NCBI GenBank assembly: GCA_963822965.1
Contig: CAWGJT010000012.1
Location: forward strand, 128,001 to 192,000
Reading direction: 5' to 3'
Source of the DNA: an uncultured delta proteobacterium
GTDB lineage: Bacteria; Myxococcota_A; UBA9160; UBA4427
DNA: 64,000 nucleotides
Part shown: piece by piece, positions 54,883 to 64,000 of the stretch
How positions within the stretch are numbered: position 1 is the first letter of the stretch
Layout of the letters: each line of letters opens with the position of its first letter
The notes under the pieces: generated by a model
Databases searched by the model: none
What the model was told of the DNA's origin: nothing
The model's input: only the letters and a program-made list of their open reading frames with translations
Made by a program: the position numbers and the translations under genes

Positions 54883-56361
54883 ATGGGTTCCGGTGCCGGC
54901 CCCGACCCGGCCGCCGCCGCACTCGACTCGGGCGTCGCCGCCGCACTTGACTCGCCCGCCACGGCCGGGGTACCGAGACCGGCGCCCGTGACCGCTCCCA
55001 ACCACCGCCACGACCCGATTCGCGCCGACCTCCGCGCCATGCTCGGCGACGGTCTGGCGTTCAGCTTCATGGTGGGTGTGGGCGAGTCGTACATCGCCGC
55101 CTTCGCTCTGGCCCTGGGCCTGGGAGACGTGGCTGCCGGCCTCGTAGCGACGGTGCCGATGCTGGTGGGCGCGCTACTTCAGCTCGTGACGCCTTCCGCG
55201 GTCGTCTGGCTGGGCTCCCACAAGCGCTGGGTCGTGATGTGCGCGCTGCTCCAGGCCGCCAGCTTCGTCCCGCTGGCGGCCGGGGCCGTCGCAGAGGACA
55301 TGCCGGTCGGGCTCCTCTATCTCACCGTCTCGCTCTACTGGGGACTGGGCATGGCGACGAGCCCGGCCTGGAACACCTGGGCCGGCACCCTGGTGCCGCG
55401 GGCCATCCGCACGCGCTACTTCGCCCGGCGCGCCCGCTGGTCCCACGTCGCCCTGCTGGGAGGGCTCGCGGCGGGGGGCGGCCTGCTCCAGTGGGGCGCC
55501 CACGCAGACGAGCCCGTGCGCGTCTACGCCGCCGTGTTCGGGCTCGCCCTGCTGGCCCGCAGCCTGTCCGCCTGGCTCCTGGGGCGGCAGCGGGAGCCGC
55601 GCCCGGTGCCCCTGGGAGACACGCGCGTGTCTCCCAGGGCGATCCGGGAGCACGTCCGCAGCGGCGGCCACGGCCGCCTGCTCGTCTACCTGCTGGTCTT
55701 CCAGGGCGGGGTCTGGGTGGCAGCGCCCTACTTCACGCCGTACATGCTGGGACCCATCGGGCTCGACTACGTGGGCTTCACCGTGCTCACGGGCAGCGCC
55801 TTCCTCTCCCGCATCATCGCCCTCCCCATGATCGGCCGCTTCGCCCACCGCTACGGAACCCGGCGCCTGCTCTGGCTGGGGAGCGTCGGGATCGTGCCGC
55901 TGCCCTGCCTCTGGCTCGTCTCCCACGACTTCGCCTGGCTCTTCGCCCTCCAGCTGCTGAGCGGCGTGAGCTGGGCGGCCTTCGAGCTGGCGACGTTGCT
56001 GTCGTTCTTCGAGCACATTCCCCAGAACGCGCGAACGAGCATCCTGTCGGTCTACAACCTCGCCTATGCGACGGCGATCGTGGGGGGCGGCGCCATCGGC
56101 GGCGCGATCCTCGACGTCGCCGGCCGCGGCCCCGGCGCCTACGTGATCCTGCTGGTCACCTCGAGCGTGGCTCGCGGGATCGGGCTCACGATGCTGCGCG
56201 GTGCCCCCAACGTGGTGCCCCGGGAGACGAAGCCGCCGGCGATGCGGACCCTGGGCGTGCGACCTTCGGCCGGGGCCTTCCAGCGCCCCGTCCTCCCGAC
56301 CCTCGAGGAGGACGAGCCGGAAACGAGCGCCGGCCCGCCGGCGGCCGCCCGCTCCGCGTAG
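54883..56361 (+). CDS. MFS transporter
   Basis: About 12 TMs. DG..FS.MVG.GE.Y, PAW..W...LVP...R.RYF.RR, APYFTPYML and G..AHRYG.RR. Confidence 0.85.
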   Translation: MGSGAGPDPAAAALDSGVAAALDSPATAGVPRPAPVTAPNHRHDPIRADLRAMLGDGLAFSFMVGVGESYIAAFALALGLGDVAAGLVATVPMLVGALLQLVTPSAVVWLGSHKRWVVMCALLQAASFVPLAAGAVAEDMPVGLLYLTVSLYWGLGMATSPAWNTWAGTLVPRAIRTRYFARRARWSHVALLGGLAAGGGLLQWGAHADEPVRVYAAVFGLALLARSLSAWLLGRQREPRPVPLGDTRVSPRAIREHVRSGGHGRLLVYLLVFQGGVWVAAPYFTPYMLGPIGLDYVGFTVLTGSAFLSRIIALPMIGRFAHRYGTRRLLWLGSVGIVPLPCLWLVSHDFAWLFALQLLSGVSWAAFELATLLSFFEHIPQNARTSILSVYNLAYATAIVGGGAIGGAILDVAGRGPGAYVILLVTSSVARGIGLTMLRGAPNVVPRETKPPAMRTLGVRPSAGAFQRPVLPTLEEDEPETSAGPPAAARSA

Positions 56362-56439
56362 TCGGAGGGGCCGGTCTTCCGGCCGTCTGGAAGAAGCGGC
56401 TTCGGCCGTCTGGAAGCGCCGCTCCGGGCTCGGCGCGCG

Positions 56440-57273
56440 TCAGTCGGAGCCCGCGGTGTCGTCGTCCTGGTCGGCCCAGGCCTGCACCACTTCCGGGGGA
56501 GCGCCGAGCCCGATGCGGTTCGCGTACTTGTCGAAGTTCCAGAGCTCCGGAGTGCGGGGCGGAGGCGTCAGACCTCGTTCGCGGTAGGCCTCCTCGACGA
56601 GGTGCGTCCCGTCGAAGCTTCCCTTGCGGAGCACGCGCAGCCCCTGGTAGGCCACGGGCGGGGAGAGCGCGGGATGGCGGGACAAGGCCCCGCAGTCGTG
56701 GAGGCCCTGTTCCCGGACCACCTGGTCGACCGCCTGGCCGATTCCGTAGTGGAAGGCGTCGTGGATGAGAACGTGTCCGCCGCTCGCCAGATGCGGCAGC
56801 ACGCCCTGGAGGTCGGCGAGCACCGCATCGTGCGTGTGCAGGGCGTCGATCAGCACCAGGTCCAGCGGTCCCCCGAGCGCGGAGACGGCGTCCGGGATGC
56901 GTTGCGGCGAGTATCCCTCGAGCAGCTGGTAGCGGCCATGGAGCTCCGCGTCGCGCACGCGGAAGGCGCCCGGAACGGGGTCGATGCCCACGAGCCGACC
57001 GCACCCCGCATCCTCCATGGCGTTCGTGATGATCCGGGCCGATCCTCCCCAGCGCACTCCGATCTCGAGCGCGCGTCCGGGACGGAGGCCGCGAACGAGG
57101 GCGTAGAGAAGCACCCGATCGGGAACGCACATGTCGGAGGGCTCCCGAAAGATCACGCCGAAGCGCTCGCGTGTGCCGACGTCGAACAAGCGGGGCCGCA
57201 GGAGGCGACTGCGAACGGCCCGCGCCCGGCGTGCAGCCTCGCGCGCCTTGGCCTTCAATCCCAACCCGAACAT
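56440..57273 (-). CDS. Class I SAM-dependent methyltransferase (Methyltransf_24-like)
   Basis: LYALVRGLRP.RALEIGV.WGGS, GIDP, EGYS, DLVLIDA.H.HD.V..D and GG.VLIHD. Confidence 0.85.
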   Translation of the reverse strand: MFGLGLKAKAREAARRARAVRSRLLRPRLFDVGTRERFGVIFREPSDMCVPDRVLLYALVRGLRPGRALEIGVRWGGSARIITNAMEDAGCGRLVGIDPVPGAFRVRDAELHGRYQLLEGYSPQRIPDAVSALGGPLDLVLIDALHTHDAVLADLQGVLPHLASGGHVLIHDAFHYGIGQAVDQVVREQGLHDCGALSRHPALSPPVAYQGLRVLRKGSFDGTHLVEEAYRERGLTPPPRTPELWNFDKYANRIGLGAPPEVVQAWADQDDDTAGSD

Positions 57274-57328
57274 GCATCCACCCCCGCCCCACGATGCGCC
57301 GCCTTCGCGTATCGCGGATTTCTGCGCC

Positions 57329-58372
57329 TCAATCCCGTCCGGTGACGGACCCCGCGTTCGCGACGCCGGATCCGGCCGGCCCCTTGTACTCGATGAGCGT
57401 GGCCGGCCGGTTCAGGATCCGGTCGCGCGCGAACCGCAGCAAGCCGTGCAGCTGTGCGAGCTTCGCCGCCACGACGAAGAACGCGTAGGCGAGCGCGTCC
57501 CTGCCCGGCCGTCCCCTCGCCTGCTGGGCGCGAAAGATGCGAGCCACCTGCAGCGGATACAGACCGAGGAGGAGCAGGCTGGCGCCCGCGGTCACGGGCG
57601 CCAGCGACAGCGCCAGCACGGGCAGGAGCCCACCCCAGACGAGCATCGAGCGCACGGGACGACGCAGCTCGGGATCCTTCAGGGCCCTGTGCTTCCAGGC
57701 GGTCTGCGCGTAGGCGTGACCGGCGCGCTGCGCGCGGCGCCACCACTGCCCGATCCGGCTCATACGGGCGTCGTGCAGCGTCATCTCGACGGGAAGTCGC
57801 TCGATCCGCCAGCCGCGCCGGCGCAGCCGCAGGCAGAGCTCGGGCTCCTCGCCCGCCACGAAACCGGGATCGAAGCCGCCCACCTCTCCGAACGCGGCGC
57901 TTCGCGCCAGGAAGTCCCCTCCGCAGGCCCGCACGGAGCCGACCGGGGAGTCCCACTCGAGATCGCACAAGCGGTTGTAGAGGGTGGCCTCGGGCGCGCG
58001 TTCCCGGCGGCGGCCACACACGATGGCGAGCCCGGGATCGCCGCGGAGGGTCTCCTCGGCCCGCTCCGGCCACTCTTCCCGCAGCTCGCAGTCTCCGTCG
58101 ACGAACTGCACCAGCTGCGTCTCCGGGCGGACCTGCCGGACCCGCTCGAAGCCCGCGTTCCGGGCCCGGCCGGCGCTGAAGGGCATGCTCATGTCGAGCT
58201 CGACCGCCTCGAGGCCGAGCCCTCTCACGAGCGCGAGGCTTCCGTCGGTCGAGCCGGAGTCGACGTAGACGATCGGATCGAAGTGCCCGCGCAGGGATTC
58301 GACGCAGCGCTCGAGGTTCTTCCCCTCGTTGCGCCCGATCACCACGGCGGCCCGCGATCCCGAGACGCTCAC
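57329..58372 (-). CDS. Glycosyltransferase family 2
   Basis: VVIGRNEG..L.RC, VYVDSGSTDGS, FSAGRARNAG, VQFVDGDC, GGFD...AGEEPELC.RLR, with C-terminal TMs. GTGA coupling. Confidence 0.9.
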   Translation of the reverse strand: MSVSGSRAAVVIGRNEGKNLERCVESLRGHFDPIVYVDSGSTDGSLALVRGLGLEAVELDMSMPFSAGRARNAGFERVRQVRPETQLVQFVDGDCELREEWPERAEETLRGDPGLAIVCGRRRERAPEATLYNRLCDLEWDSPVGSVRACGGDFLARSAAFGEVGGFDPGFVAGEEPELCLRLRRRGWRIERLPVEMTLHDARMSRIGQWWRRAQRAGHAYAQTAWKHRALKDPELRRPVRSMLVWGGLLPVLALSLAPVTAGASLLLLGLYPLQVARIFRAQQARGRPGRDALAYAFFVVAAKLAQLHGLLRFARDRILNRPATLIEYKGPAGSGVANAGSVTGRD

Positions 58373-59262
58373 GGGGAGACCGCCCGGGGCGCCGCGCTCG
58401 TCCATCGGGGCACCGCCGTCTTCGCCCGCTCGGCGAAGTCCGCACAGGTCAGCTCCAGCCCGAGCCACTGCGAGAGCTCCGCCAGGTCCCGATCCAGCTC
58501 CCGTTCGACGCGCTCCCGCACCGCCGGCGAGAAGGTCGGGCGCTCCCGGGTCCGCCAGAGGTCCTTGACCCGCTCGCGGAGGGAGGCGGGTACGAATCGC
58601 CGCCGCAATCGGGCCAGGAGCGGCTGATCCACCAGGAAGTCGCGCCAGGGACTGCGCCGCAACCGCTCGCGTGACGCGTTCTTCGCGCCCCGGTCGGATT
58701 GCCACGTCACCTCTCCCTCGAAGCCGAGGAAGCGGACGATCCGCTCCAGCTCGAGCTGCGGCTCGCTCCGGAGCCTCTCGAAGAAGACGGGCAGCACGCG
58801 TTCCGGCCCGAAGGTCTCCAGGTAGGGCCGGAGCTGCATGGCATAGCGGCTGTAGGCGACGAGCCGCGGGTAGAGGTCGACGGACGCGTCCAGCGAGCCG
58901 CTCACGGTTCGCTCCGTCCATTCGTGGATGAACTGGGAGACGAGACGCTCGACCGGATCGCGCATCACGTACACGAAACGGGCGTCGGGCAGACCGCTCC
59001 GGATGCGCGCGACGGTCTGCGGATGGGTGGGAAGCTTCGTGTAGTGGGTGCTCGACTCGCCCCGCAGGACCGCCCCCTGTCCGGCTGCGAAGAGCCCCTC
59101 GTACCACTCCCAGCCCCGGCTCCACCGGTCTTCGTCGCTGAAGAAGTTGGGCTCCTTGGGATCGCTCATGAAGATCCCGGGCTGCGCGGCGAGCTGGTCG
59201 TGGAGCGTGCTGGTCGCGCACTTCATCGCGCCAATCACCAGGAAGTCCGGGCGGCTGCTCAT
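58369..59262 (-). CDS. Sulfotransferase
   Basis: 5'-PSB PDFLVIGAMKCATSTL, KEPNFF, GESSTHY, 3'-PB MRDPVERLVS and YSRY..QL.PY. Confidence 0.92.
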   Translation of the reverse strand: MSSRPDFLVIGAMKCATSTLHDQLAAQPGIFMSDPKEPNFFSDEDRWSRGWEWYEGLFAAGQGAVLRGESSTHYTKLPTHPQTVARIRSGLPDARFVYVMRDPVERLVSQFIHEWTERTVSGSLDASVDLYPRLVAYSRYAMQLRPYLETFGPERVLPVFFERLRSEPQLELERIVRFLGFEGEVTWQSDRGAKNASRERLRRSPWRDFLVDQPLLARLRRRFVPASLRERVKDLWRTRERPTFSPAVRERVERELDRDLAELSQWLGLELTCADFAERAKTAVPRWTSAAPRAVSP

Positions 59263-60266
59263 CGCGAAGGCTCCGTGCCCGACGGCTCTTTCCGGGCGCG
59301 CGAAGGCTCTTCCCCGGCGCGTGAAGGCTCTTCCCCGGCGCGTGACGTCGAGCCGATCCAGATGTCGCGCCAGGCCGCCTCGGCGGCGTGGGGCTGCTTG
59401 TGTCCGACGAGCTCGCGAAGCCCGGCGATGGCGCGTCCCAGCCCCCAGAGCAGGTTCGCGGCCCAGAGCCCCGGCAGCCCGTAGAACTTCGCGTAGTAGC
59501 GCGCGCGCGACGCGTAGTAGTACGCAGGAAGGCGCTTGCGGACCGCCGCGGCGGACTTCACCGGCGAGGTCCCCCCGCGAAGATGGACCACCCGGGCGTC
59601 GGGACAGTTCAGGACGCGCCAGCCCTCCGCACGCGCACGGCGGCAGTAGTCGACGTCGTCGAAGTACATGAAGTAGCCCTCGTCCATGGGCCCGATCGCC
59701 TCGAGGACCTTCCGCCGGATCAGCACGCACGCGAAGCTCGTCCACTCGGGCCACGAGGGCCCCGGCTGCACCGGCTGCGGAACCTCGTGGCGGCGAAAGA
59801 GACGCGTGACGGGACCGGTCCCCGCCGCGAGGATCAGCTCCGTGACGGGCGTGTGCCACCGGAAGCAGCTGATCTGGGGCTCGCCGTCCGGCCACTCCAG
59901 CCGCGGGCTCAGCAGACCCGCCTGCGGCTCGCGGCTCGCGTGGTCGAGCAGCCGCCCGATCGCGCCGGGGCGGACCCAGGCGTCGCTGTTGAGGAGCAGA
60001 TACAGCTCGGCCGCGACGGCTGCGATCCCCGCGTTGTTGCCCGCCGAGAAGCCCCCGTTCACCGGGGACCGCACCAGCCTCGCCCAGGCCTGCCACTTGC
60101 GGTCCTCGACGGCGCGCTCGATCGCGTCCGCCGAGCCGTCTCCCGAGTCGTTGTCGACCACCACCGCCACGTCGCGACCCGGGTCCAGCTCCGCCTCGAG
60201 CGAAGCCAGGGCGTCGATCACGAGATCGGGCGTGCGGTAGTTGACGATGACGACCGCCAGACGCAT
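59259..60266 (-). CDS. Glycosyltransferase family 2 (WbbL/rhamnosyltransferase-like)
   Basis: VVIVNYRT, VVDNDSGDGS, NGGFSAGNN.G, LLLNSD, DE.YFMYFDDVDYC.R and V.HL.GG. Confidence 0.9.
   Translation of the reverse strand: MRLAVVIVNYRTPDLVIDALASLEAELDPGRDVAVVVDNDSGDGSADAIERAVEDRKWQAWARLVRSPVNGGFSAGNNAGIAAVAAELYLLLNSDAWVRPGAIGRLLDHASREPQAGLLSPRLEWPDGEPQISCFRWHTPVTELILAAGTGPVTRLFRRHEVPQPVQPGPSWPEWTSFACVLIRRKVLEAIGPMDEGYFMYFDDVDYCRRARAEGWRVLNCPDARVVHLRGGTSPVKSAAAVRKRLPAYYYASRARYYAKFYGLPGLWAANLLWGLGRAIAGLRELVGHKQPHAAEAAWRDIWIGSTSRAGEEPSRAGEEPSRARKEPSGTEPSR
59281..59343. repeat. 21-bp in-frame tandem repeat (3 copies, RAGEEPS-like) at the GT2 C-terminus
   Basis: GAAGGCTCTTCCCCGGCGCGT exact at 59302 and 59323, degenerate at 59281. 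Confidence 0.85.
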
Positions 60267-60317
60267 CAACGGCCGGGCCCTCTCGCAGGCCGATCGACGA
60301 GCACTCGACGCCGGCCG

Positions 60318-60899
60318 CTACGAAGCACTCTGCTTGCGCAGGGCGGAGATGTACTGGGTCAGGACGTGGATCAGGCTCTGGTGCGTGTCCTCCGCGATCC
60401 CGTAGTTGTCGATCTCGACGTGGACCACGTGGTCGGCGAGCCGCTTCAGCTCGCCTCCCTTGAAGCCCACGAAGGCGATGGTGGGAACCCGGCGCTGCTG
60501 CGCGTAGCGGCACGCCTCGACCACGTTGGGGGAGTTGCCGCTCGAGCTGACGAGCAGGACGGCGTCTCCGTCCTTGAGGTAGTACTCGAGCTGCTTGCGG
60601 AAGACCTGGTCGTAGCCGATGTCGTTCCCGATCGCCGTCAGCATCGGGCCGTTCGAAGCCAGCGAGACCGATCGGATCGGAGGATGCGAGCCGACGTGCG
60701 TCCCCTTGCTGACATCGCACACGGTGTGATCCGAGATGGCCGCGCTGCCCCCGTTCCCCGCGACCCAGAGCGTCCCGTCCCGCTCCGCGACCCCCAGCAG
60801 GATCTGGAGGATGTCGCCCAGCTCGCTCTTGTCGAAGCTGCGCAGCATGGCGGCGAACTTCTCGTAGTAGCCCGTCACGAAGCTCTGGAAGTCGTCCAT
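60318..60899 (-). CDS. gmhA: Phosphoheptose (sedoheptulose-7-P) isomerase, SIS domain
   Basis: GNGGSAA.S.H, TAIGND.GYD.VF..QL, SSSGNSPNV, GF.GG.L and EDTH....H. Start ATG 60899. Confidence 0.85.
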   Translation of the reverse strand: MDDFQSFVTGYYEKFAAMLRSFDKSELGDILQILLGVAERDGTLWVAGNGGSAAISDHTVCDVSKGTHVGSHPPIRSVSLASNGPMLTAIGNDIGYDQVFRKQLEYYLKDGDAVLLVSSSGNSPNVVEACRYAQQRRVPTIAFVGFKGGELKRLADHVVHVEIDNYGIAEDTHQSLIHVLTQYISALRKQSAS

Positions 60900-61474
60900 C
60901 TTCAACCTCTTCGAAACCTCTCCGCTTACCGGGGGACTTCCACGGGAGCCTTCCTCGTCCTCGCGACTCCGGCGTGGGCGCGCTCGGACGAACGCCGTGC
61001 GGCCTCGGATGCCGCGCGGGTGTATCCCATCGGCAAGATGATATCCTACGACTGCGACACGCCGATGGAACCCCAGGAAACCGTCATCGGCCGAGCGCGC
61101 CCCGCTCGGCCTCGGATCCATGCCTGCCCCGGGCGCACGCGCTCGTCCCACCCATCGGCACGCCTAGCACCAATCTCAAGCTCGTACGTGCGACATCCGA
61201 GAACGGAGGTTCCGATCGGCCCCTGCAAACGGACGCGAACCATGGTGGCCCCTCGCCCCGGACGTCGCCCTCTGCGCGGCTGTCTGCGCAGCAGGGCGGC
61301 AAGAATCCGACACCTATCGGGATCCGGTGGCGACTCAAAGGAGGCGGAGCGCCCGGCCCCGCGCCCATGGCTGCAACCTTCGAGGATCCTGGAGCCCCCC
61401 CAAGGGAAAACGCTGAATCCCCGATCGTCCGGAAAGGCCCCGTTCCCTTCCCGCTCCGCGAAGGACCCCCGCGC

Positions 61475-62692
61475 ATGATCCACTACATGACCACCAACGG
61501 CATCGGAAACGCGTGGGTCGGCAACGAGCTGCGCGTCCTCCAGCGCGAGGGCATTCCGTTCCGCCTGCATTCCCTCATGCGCCCGGAGTCGAGCTACTTC
61601 CTGGCCCCCGAAATCCGCGACCTGGCCCGCGCCACCCGCCACGTCTACCCCGTCTCGCCGCTTCGAATCGTCGTCTCCCTCGTAGCCGCGCCGCTTCTCT
61701 TCCGCAGGCACTTCTGGAGCGCCCTCGGAAACGCGCTGTTCGGGAAACGCGAGAGCCTCTGGCTCCGCGTGAAGGTCTTCTGGCACTTCGTGGTGGCCTG
61801 CGACTGGGCCCGCGCCCAGCGCGACCAGGACGTGACGGTCGTCCATTCCCAGTGGGTGAACTCGGGCGGCACCGTGGCGATGTACGGCGCCTGGCTCCTC
61901 GACCGTCCCTTCAGCTTCACGGGCCACGCCGCGGACCTGTTTCGCGGACGGGTCGCCCTGCACGACAAGATCCGCCGCGCCGACAACATCGTCTGCATCT
62001 CCGAGTTCCATCGCTCCTTCTACCTCGAGCACGGCGCCCGTCCGGAGCAGCTCCGTCTCGCCTATTGCGGCATCGATACGGCGCAGTTCTCCCTGCCGAC
62101 CAAGCCCCGTGAGAACGACGGCACGTTCCACATCCTCTCGTCGGGCCGCCTCGTCGAGAAGAAGGGCTTCGAGTACGTCATCGACGCCTGCCGCATCCTC
62201 GTGGACCGGGGGCTGCCGGTGCGCTGCACGATCGCCGGCAGCGGGCCGCTGCAAGAGGCCCTGCGCCGGCGCATCCGGGAGGCCGACCTCGCGGATCGCA
62301 TTACCGTGACCGGGGAGGCCATGATGCAGGAGCAGATTCCCGAGCTCATGCACTCGGCGGACGTCTACTGCCTGCCCTGCGTCTGGGCGTCGGACGACGA
62401 CGTCGACGGCCTGCCGCAGATGCTGATGGAAGCGATGGCCTGCGGCCTGCCGGTCGTGTCCACTCGCCTCGTGGGGATCCCCGACCTCGTGATCCACGAG
62501 TCGACCGGCCTGCTGGCGGAGCCCAACGACGCGCGGGGCCTCGCGGACTGCCTCCACCGGCTCCACGACGAGCCGGCGCTCGCCGCCCGCCTGGCGGAGA
62601 AGGGCCGCGAGCACGTGACCCGCGGCTTCGACCTCCGCAACTGCCTCGAGCCCCTCATCGACTACTACCGGTCCGCCCTGGAGCGCGCATGA
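61475..62692 (+). CDS. Glycosyltransferase family 4 (WcaL-like)
   Basis: FSFTGHAAD, GRLVEKKGF.Y.I.A, G.GPL, DGLPQMLMEAMACGLPVVST...GIPDLV and TGLL. Confidence 0.9.
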   Translation: MIHYMTTNGIGNAWVGNELRVLQREGIPFRLHSLMRPESSYFLAPEIRDLARATRHVYPVSPLRIVVSLVAAPLLFRRHFWSALGNALFGKRESLWLRVKVFWHFVVACDWARAQRDQDVTVVHSQWVNSGGTVAMYGAWLLDRPFSFTGHAADLFRGRVALHDKIRRADNIVCISEFHRSFYLEHGARPEQLRLAYCGIDTAQFSLPTKPRENDGTFHILSSGRLVEKKGFEYVIDACRILVDRGLPVRCTIAGSGPLQEALRRRIREADLADRITVTGEAMMQEQIPELMHSADVYCLPCVWASDDDVDGLPQMLMEAMACGLPVVSTRLVGIPDLVIHESTGLLAEPNDARGLADCLHRLHDEPALAARLAEKGREHVTRGFDLRNCLEPLIDYYRSALERA

Positions 62693-63675
62693 TCATCTCC
62701 CAGACCCCCTATCGCGTGAGCTTCGCGGGCGGCGGGACCGACCTGCCCGCGTTCTACGAGAAGGAGCCGGGCGCGGTCCTGTCCGTCGCCATCCAGCAGC
62801 ACATGTACGTCACGGTGAGCCCACGCTTCGCTCCCAGCACGCGCGTCGCCTACACCGAGACCGAGATCTGCGACTCCATCGAAGACATCAAGCACACCAT
62901 CGCCCGCGAGGCCCTCCGGCTGACGGGGCTCGGCAAGCACATGGAGATCACGACGATCGGCGACGTCCCGGCGGGCACGGGCATGGGGTCGAGCAGCAGC
63001 CTGACCGTGGGTCTGCTGAATGCGCTCCACGCCTATCGCGGCAGGACGGCGAGCCCGTCCCACCTGGCCGAGGAAGCCTGCCGCATCGAGATCGACATCC
63101 TCCGCAAGCCCATCGGGCGCCAGGACCAGTACGCCGCCGCGTTCGGGGGCCTCAACTACATCACCTTCCATTCGGACCATTCCGTGGACGTCGACCCGGT
63201 GCCGCACCGCCCGGCCACCCTCAACGAGCTCGAGAAGCACGTCCTCCTTCTCTACACTCAGGGACAGCGCAACGCCGACGACATCCTCGCGAAGCAGAGC
63301 GCCGGCACGGGCGACCGGATGAGCGTGCTCCGGGACATGCGCGACCTGGCCAACGAGATGCGGATCGCCCTCACCGACGAGGGCGATCTCGGCGAGTTCG
63401 CACGTCTGCTGCACCAGGGCTGGCTGTTGAAGCGCTCGCTCGGATTCGGCATCTCCAACGAGGCCGTGGACGCCTGGTACGAGAAGGCACGCGCGGCCGG
63501 CGCACTCGGCGGCAAGCTCCTCGGGGCGGGCGGAGGTGGCTTCCTGCTGCTGATGGCACCCCCCGAACGCCACGAGGCCATCCGCGAGGCGCTGGCGAGG
63601 CCGCGCGAGCTGCCCTTCAAGGTCGACCGACGCGGAACACGGATCATCTTCATCAGCGATCGCTACGGATTCTGA
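62689..63675 (+). CDS. hddA: GHMP kinase, D-glycero-alpha-D-manno-heptose 7-phosphate kinase
   Basis: TPYRVSFAGGGTD, P.GTGMGSSS, IGRQDQYAAAFGG and GGKLLGAGGGGF. Confidence 0.85.
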   Translation: MIISQTPYRVSFAGGGTDLPAFYEKEPGAVLSVAIQQHMYVTVSPRFAPSTRVAYTETEICDSIEDIKHTIAREALRLTGLGKHMEITTIGDVPAGTGMGSSSSLTVGLLNALHAYRGRTASPSHLAEEACRIEIDILRKPIGRQDQYAAAFGGLNYITFHSDHSVDVDPVPHRPATLNELEKHVLLLYTQGQRNADDILAKQSAGTGDRMSVLRDMRDLANEMRIALTDEGDLGEFARLLHQGWLLKRSLGFGISNEAVDAWYEKARAAGALGGKLLGAGGGGFLLLMAPPERHEAIREALARPRELPFKVDRRGTRIIFISDRYGF

Positions 63676-63720
63676 CGCGAAGGCCTCTCCGCGACGGGAG
63701 GCCGGGGGGACCATCTCGGC

Positions 63721-64000
63721 ATGCAAGTCCTGATTACCGGCGGCGCCGGCTTCATCGGATCCCACACGGCGGACGCGCTGCTACGTCGAGGCGATCGGGT
63801 TCGCGTCCTGGACAGCCTCGAGGAGCCCGTGCATCCCGGCGGCCGCAGGCCCGCCTATCTCGACCCGGAGATCGAGCTGGTCGTCGGAGACGTCCGGGAC
63901 GAGAAGGTCCTCCTCGACGCGATCCGGGGCTGTGACGCGATCTATCACTTCGCGGCCTACCAGGACTACCTGCCGGTCTTCAGCCGCTTCTTCGACGTGA
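63721..64000 (+). CDS. NAD-dependent epimerase/dehydratase, truncated at the window end
   Basis: Manual translation MQVLITGGAGFIGSHTADALLRRGDRVRVLDSL...GDVRD...IYHFAA. Confidence 0.88.
   Translation, partial: MQVLITGGAGFIGSHTADALLRRGDRVRVLDSLEEPVHPGGRRPAYLDPEIELVVGDVRDEKVLLDAIRGCDAIYHFAAYQDYLPVFSRFFDV

Noticed and set aside
1..64000. rRNA, tRNA, integrase/transposase or prophage genes
   Set aside because: None was recognised in the ORF track or intergenic gaps by eye; a tRNAscan/Infernal run would be needed to exclude small RNAs.

Overview
Very GC-rich (roughly 70% by eye), gene-dense bacterial chromosome segment from a diderm. It has LptF/G, KdsA and OMPLA, and the gene repertoire suggests a Myxococcota/deltaproteobacterial-type organism (inference). 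About 59 CDS were found, with no rRNA, tRNA, CRISPR array or intact mobile element. Main blocks: (1) lipid/redox and signalling genes: LpxO-like hydroxylase, exported caspase-like protease, 7TM-PAS histidine kinase, RND pump, acyl-CoA dehydrogenase, crotonase. (2) An envelope block at 18.7-33.5 kb with a tri-domain glycosyltransferase/ELM1 fusion, GT2, a kinase-like protein, kdsA and a single-chain LptF-LptG fusion. Beside these sit two NTP transferases, a metallophosphoesterase, a CDP-alcohol phosphotransferase, a DAGK/ceramide-kinase-like gene and a Tam41-like gene. This set mirrors the Caulobacter cpg anionic-sphingolipid head-group and export locus. (3) Two tandem stand-alone 7TM paralogues coupled to a small soluble protein, next to an SCP-x-type thiolase. 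(4) sodB with a sigma54-type promoter, then a DUF6502-DUF5666 pair preceded by a perfect 18-bp palindrome. (5) kefC, an orphan HicB, cytochrome c and a methyltransferase/ATP-grasp fusion. (6) The start of a surface polysaccharide cluster (GTs, sulfotransferase, gmhA, hddA, epimerase). All family calls come from motif recognition by eye; no database searches were run.
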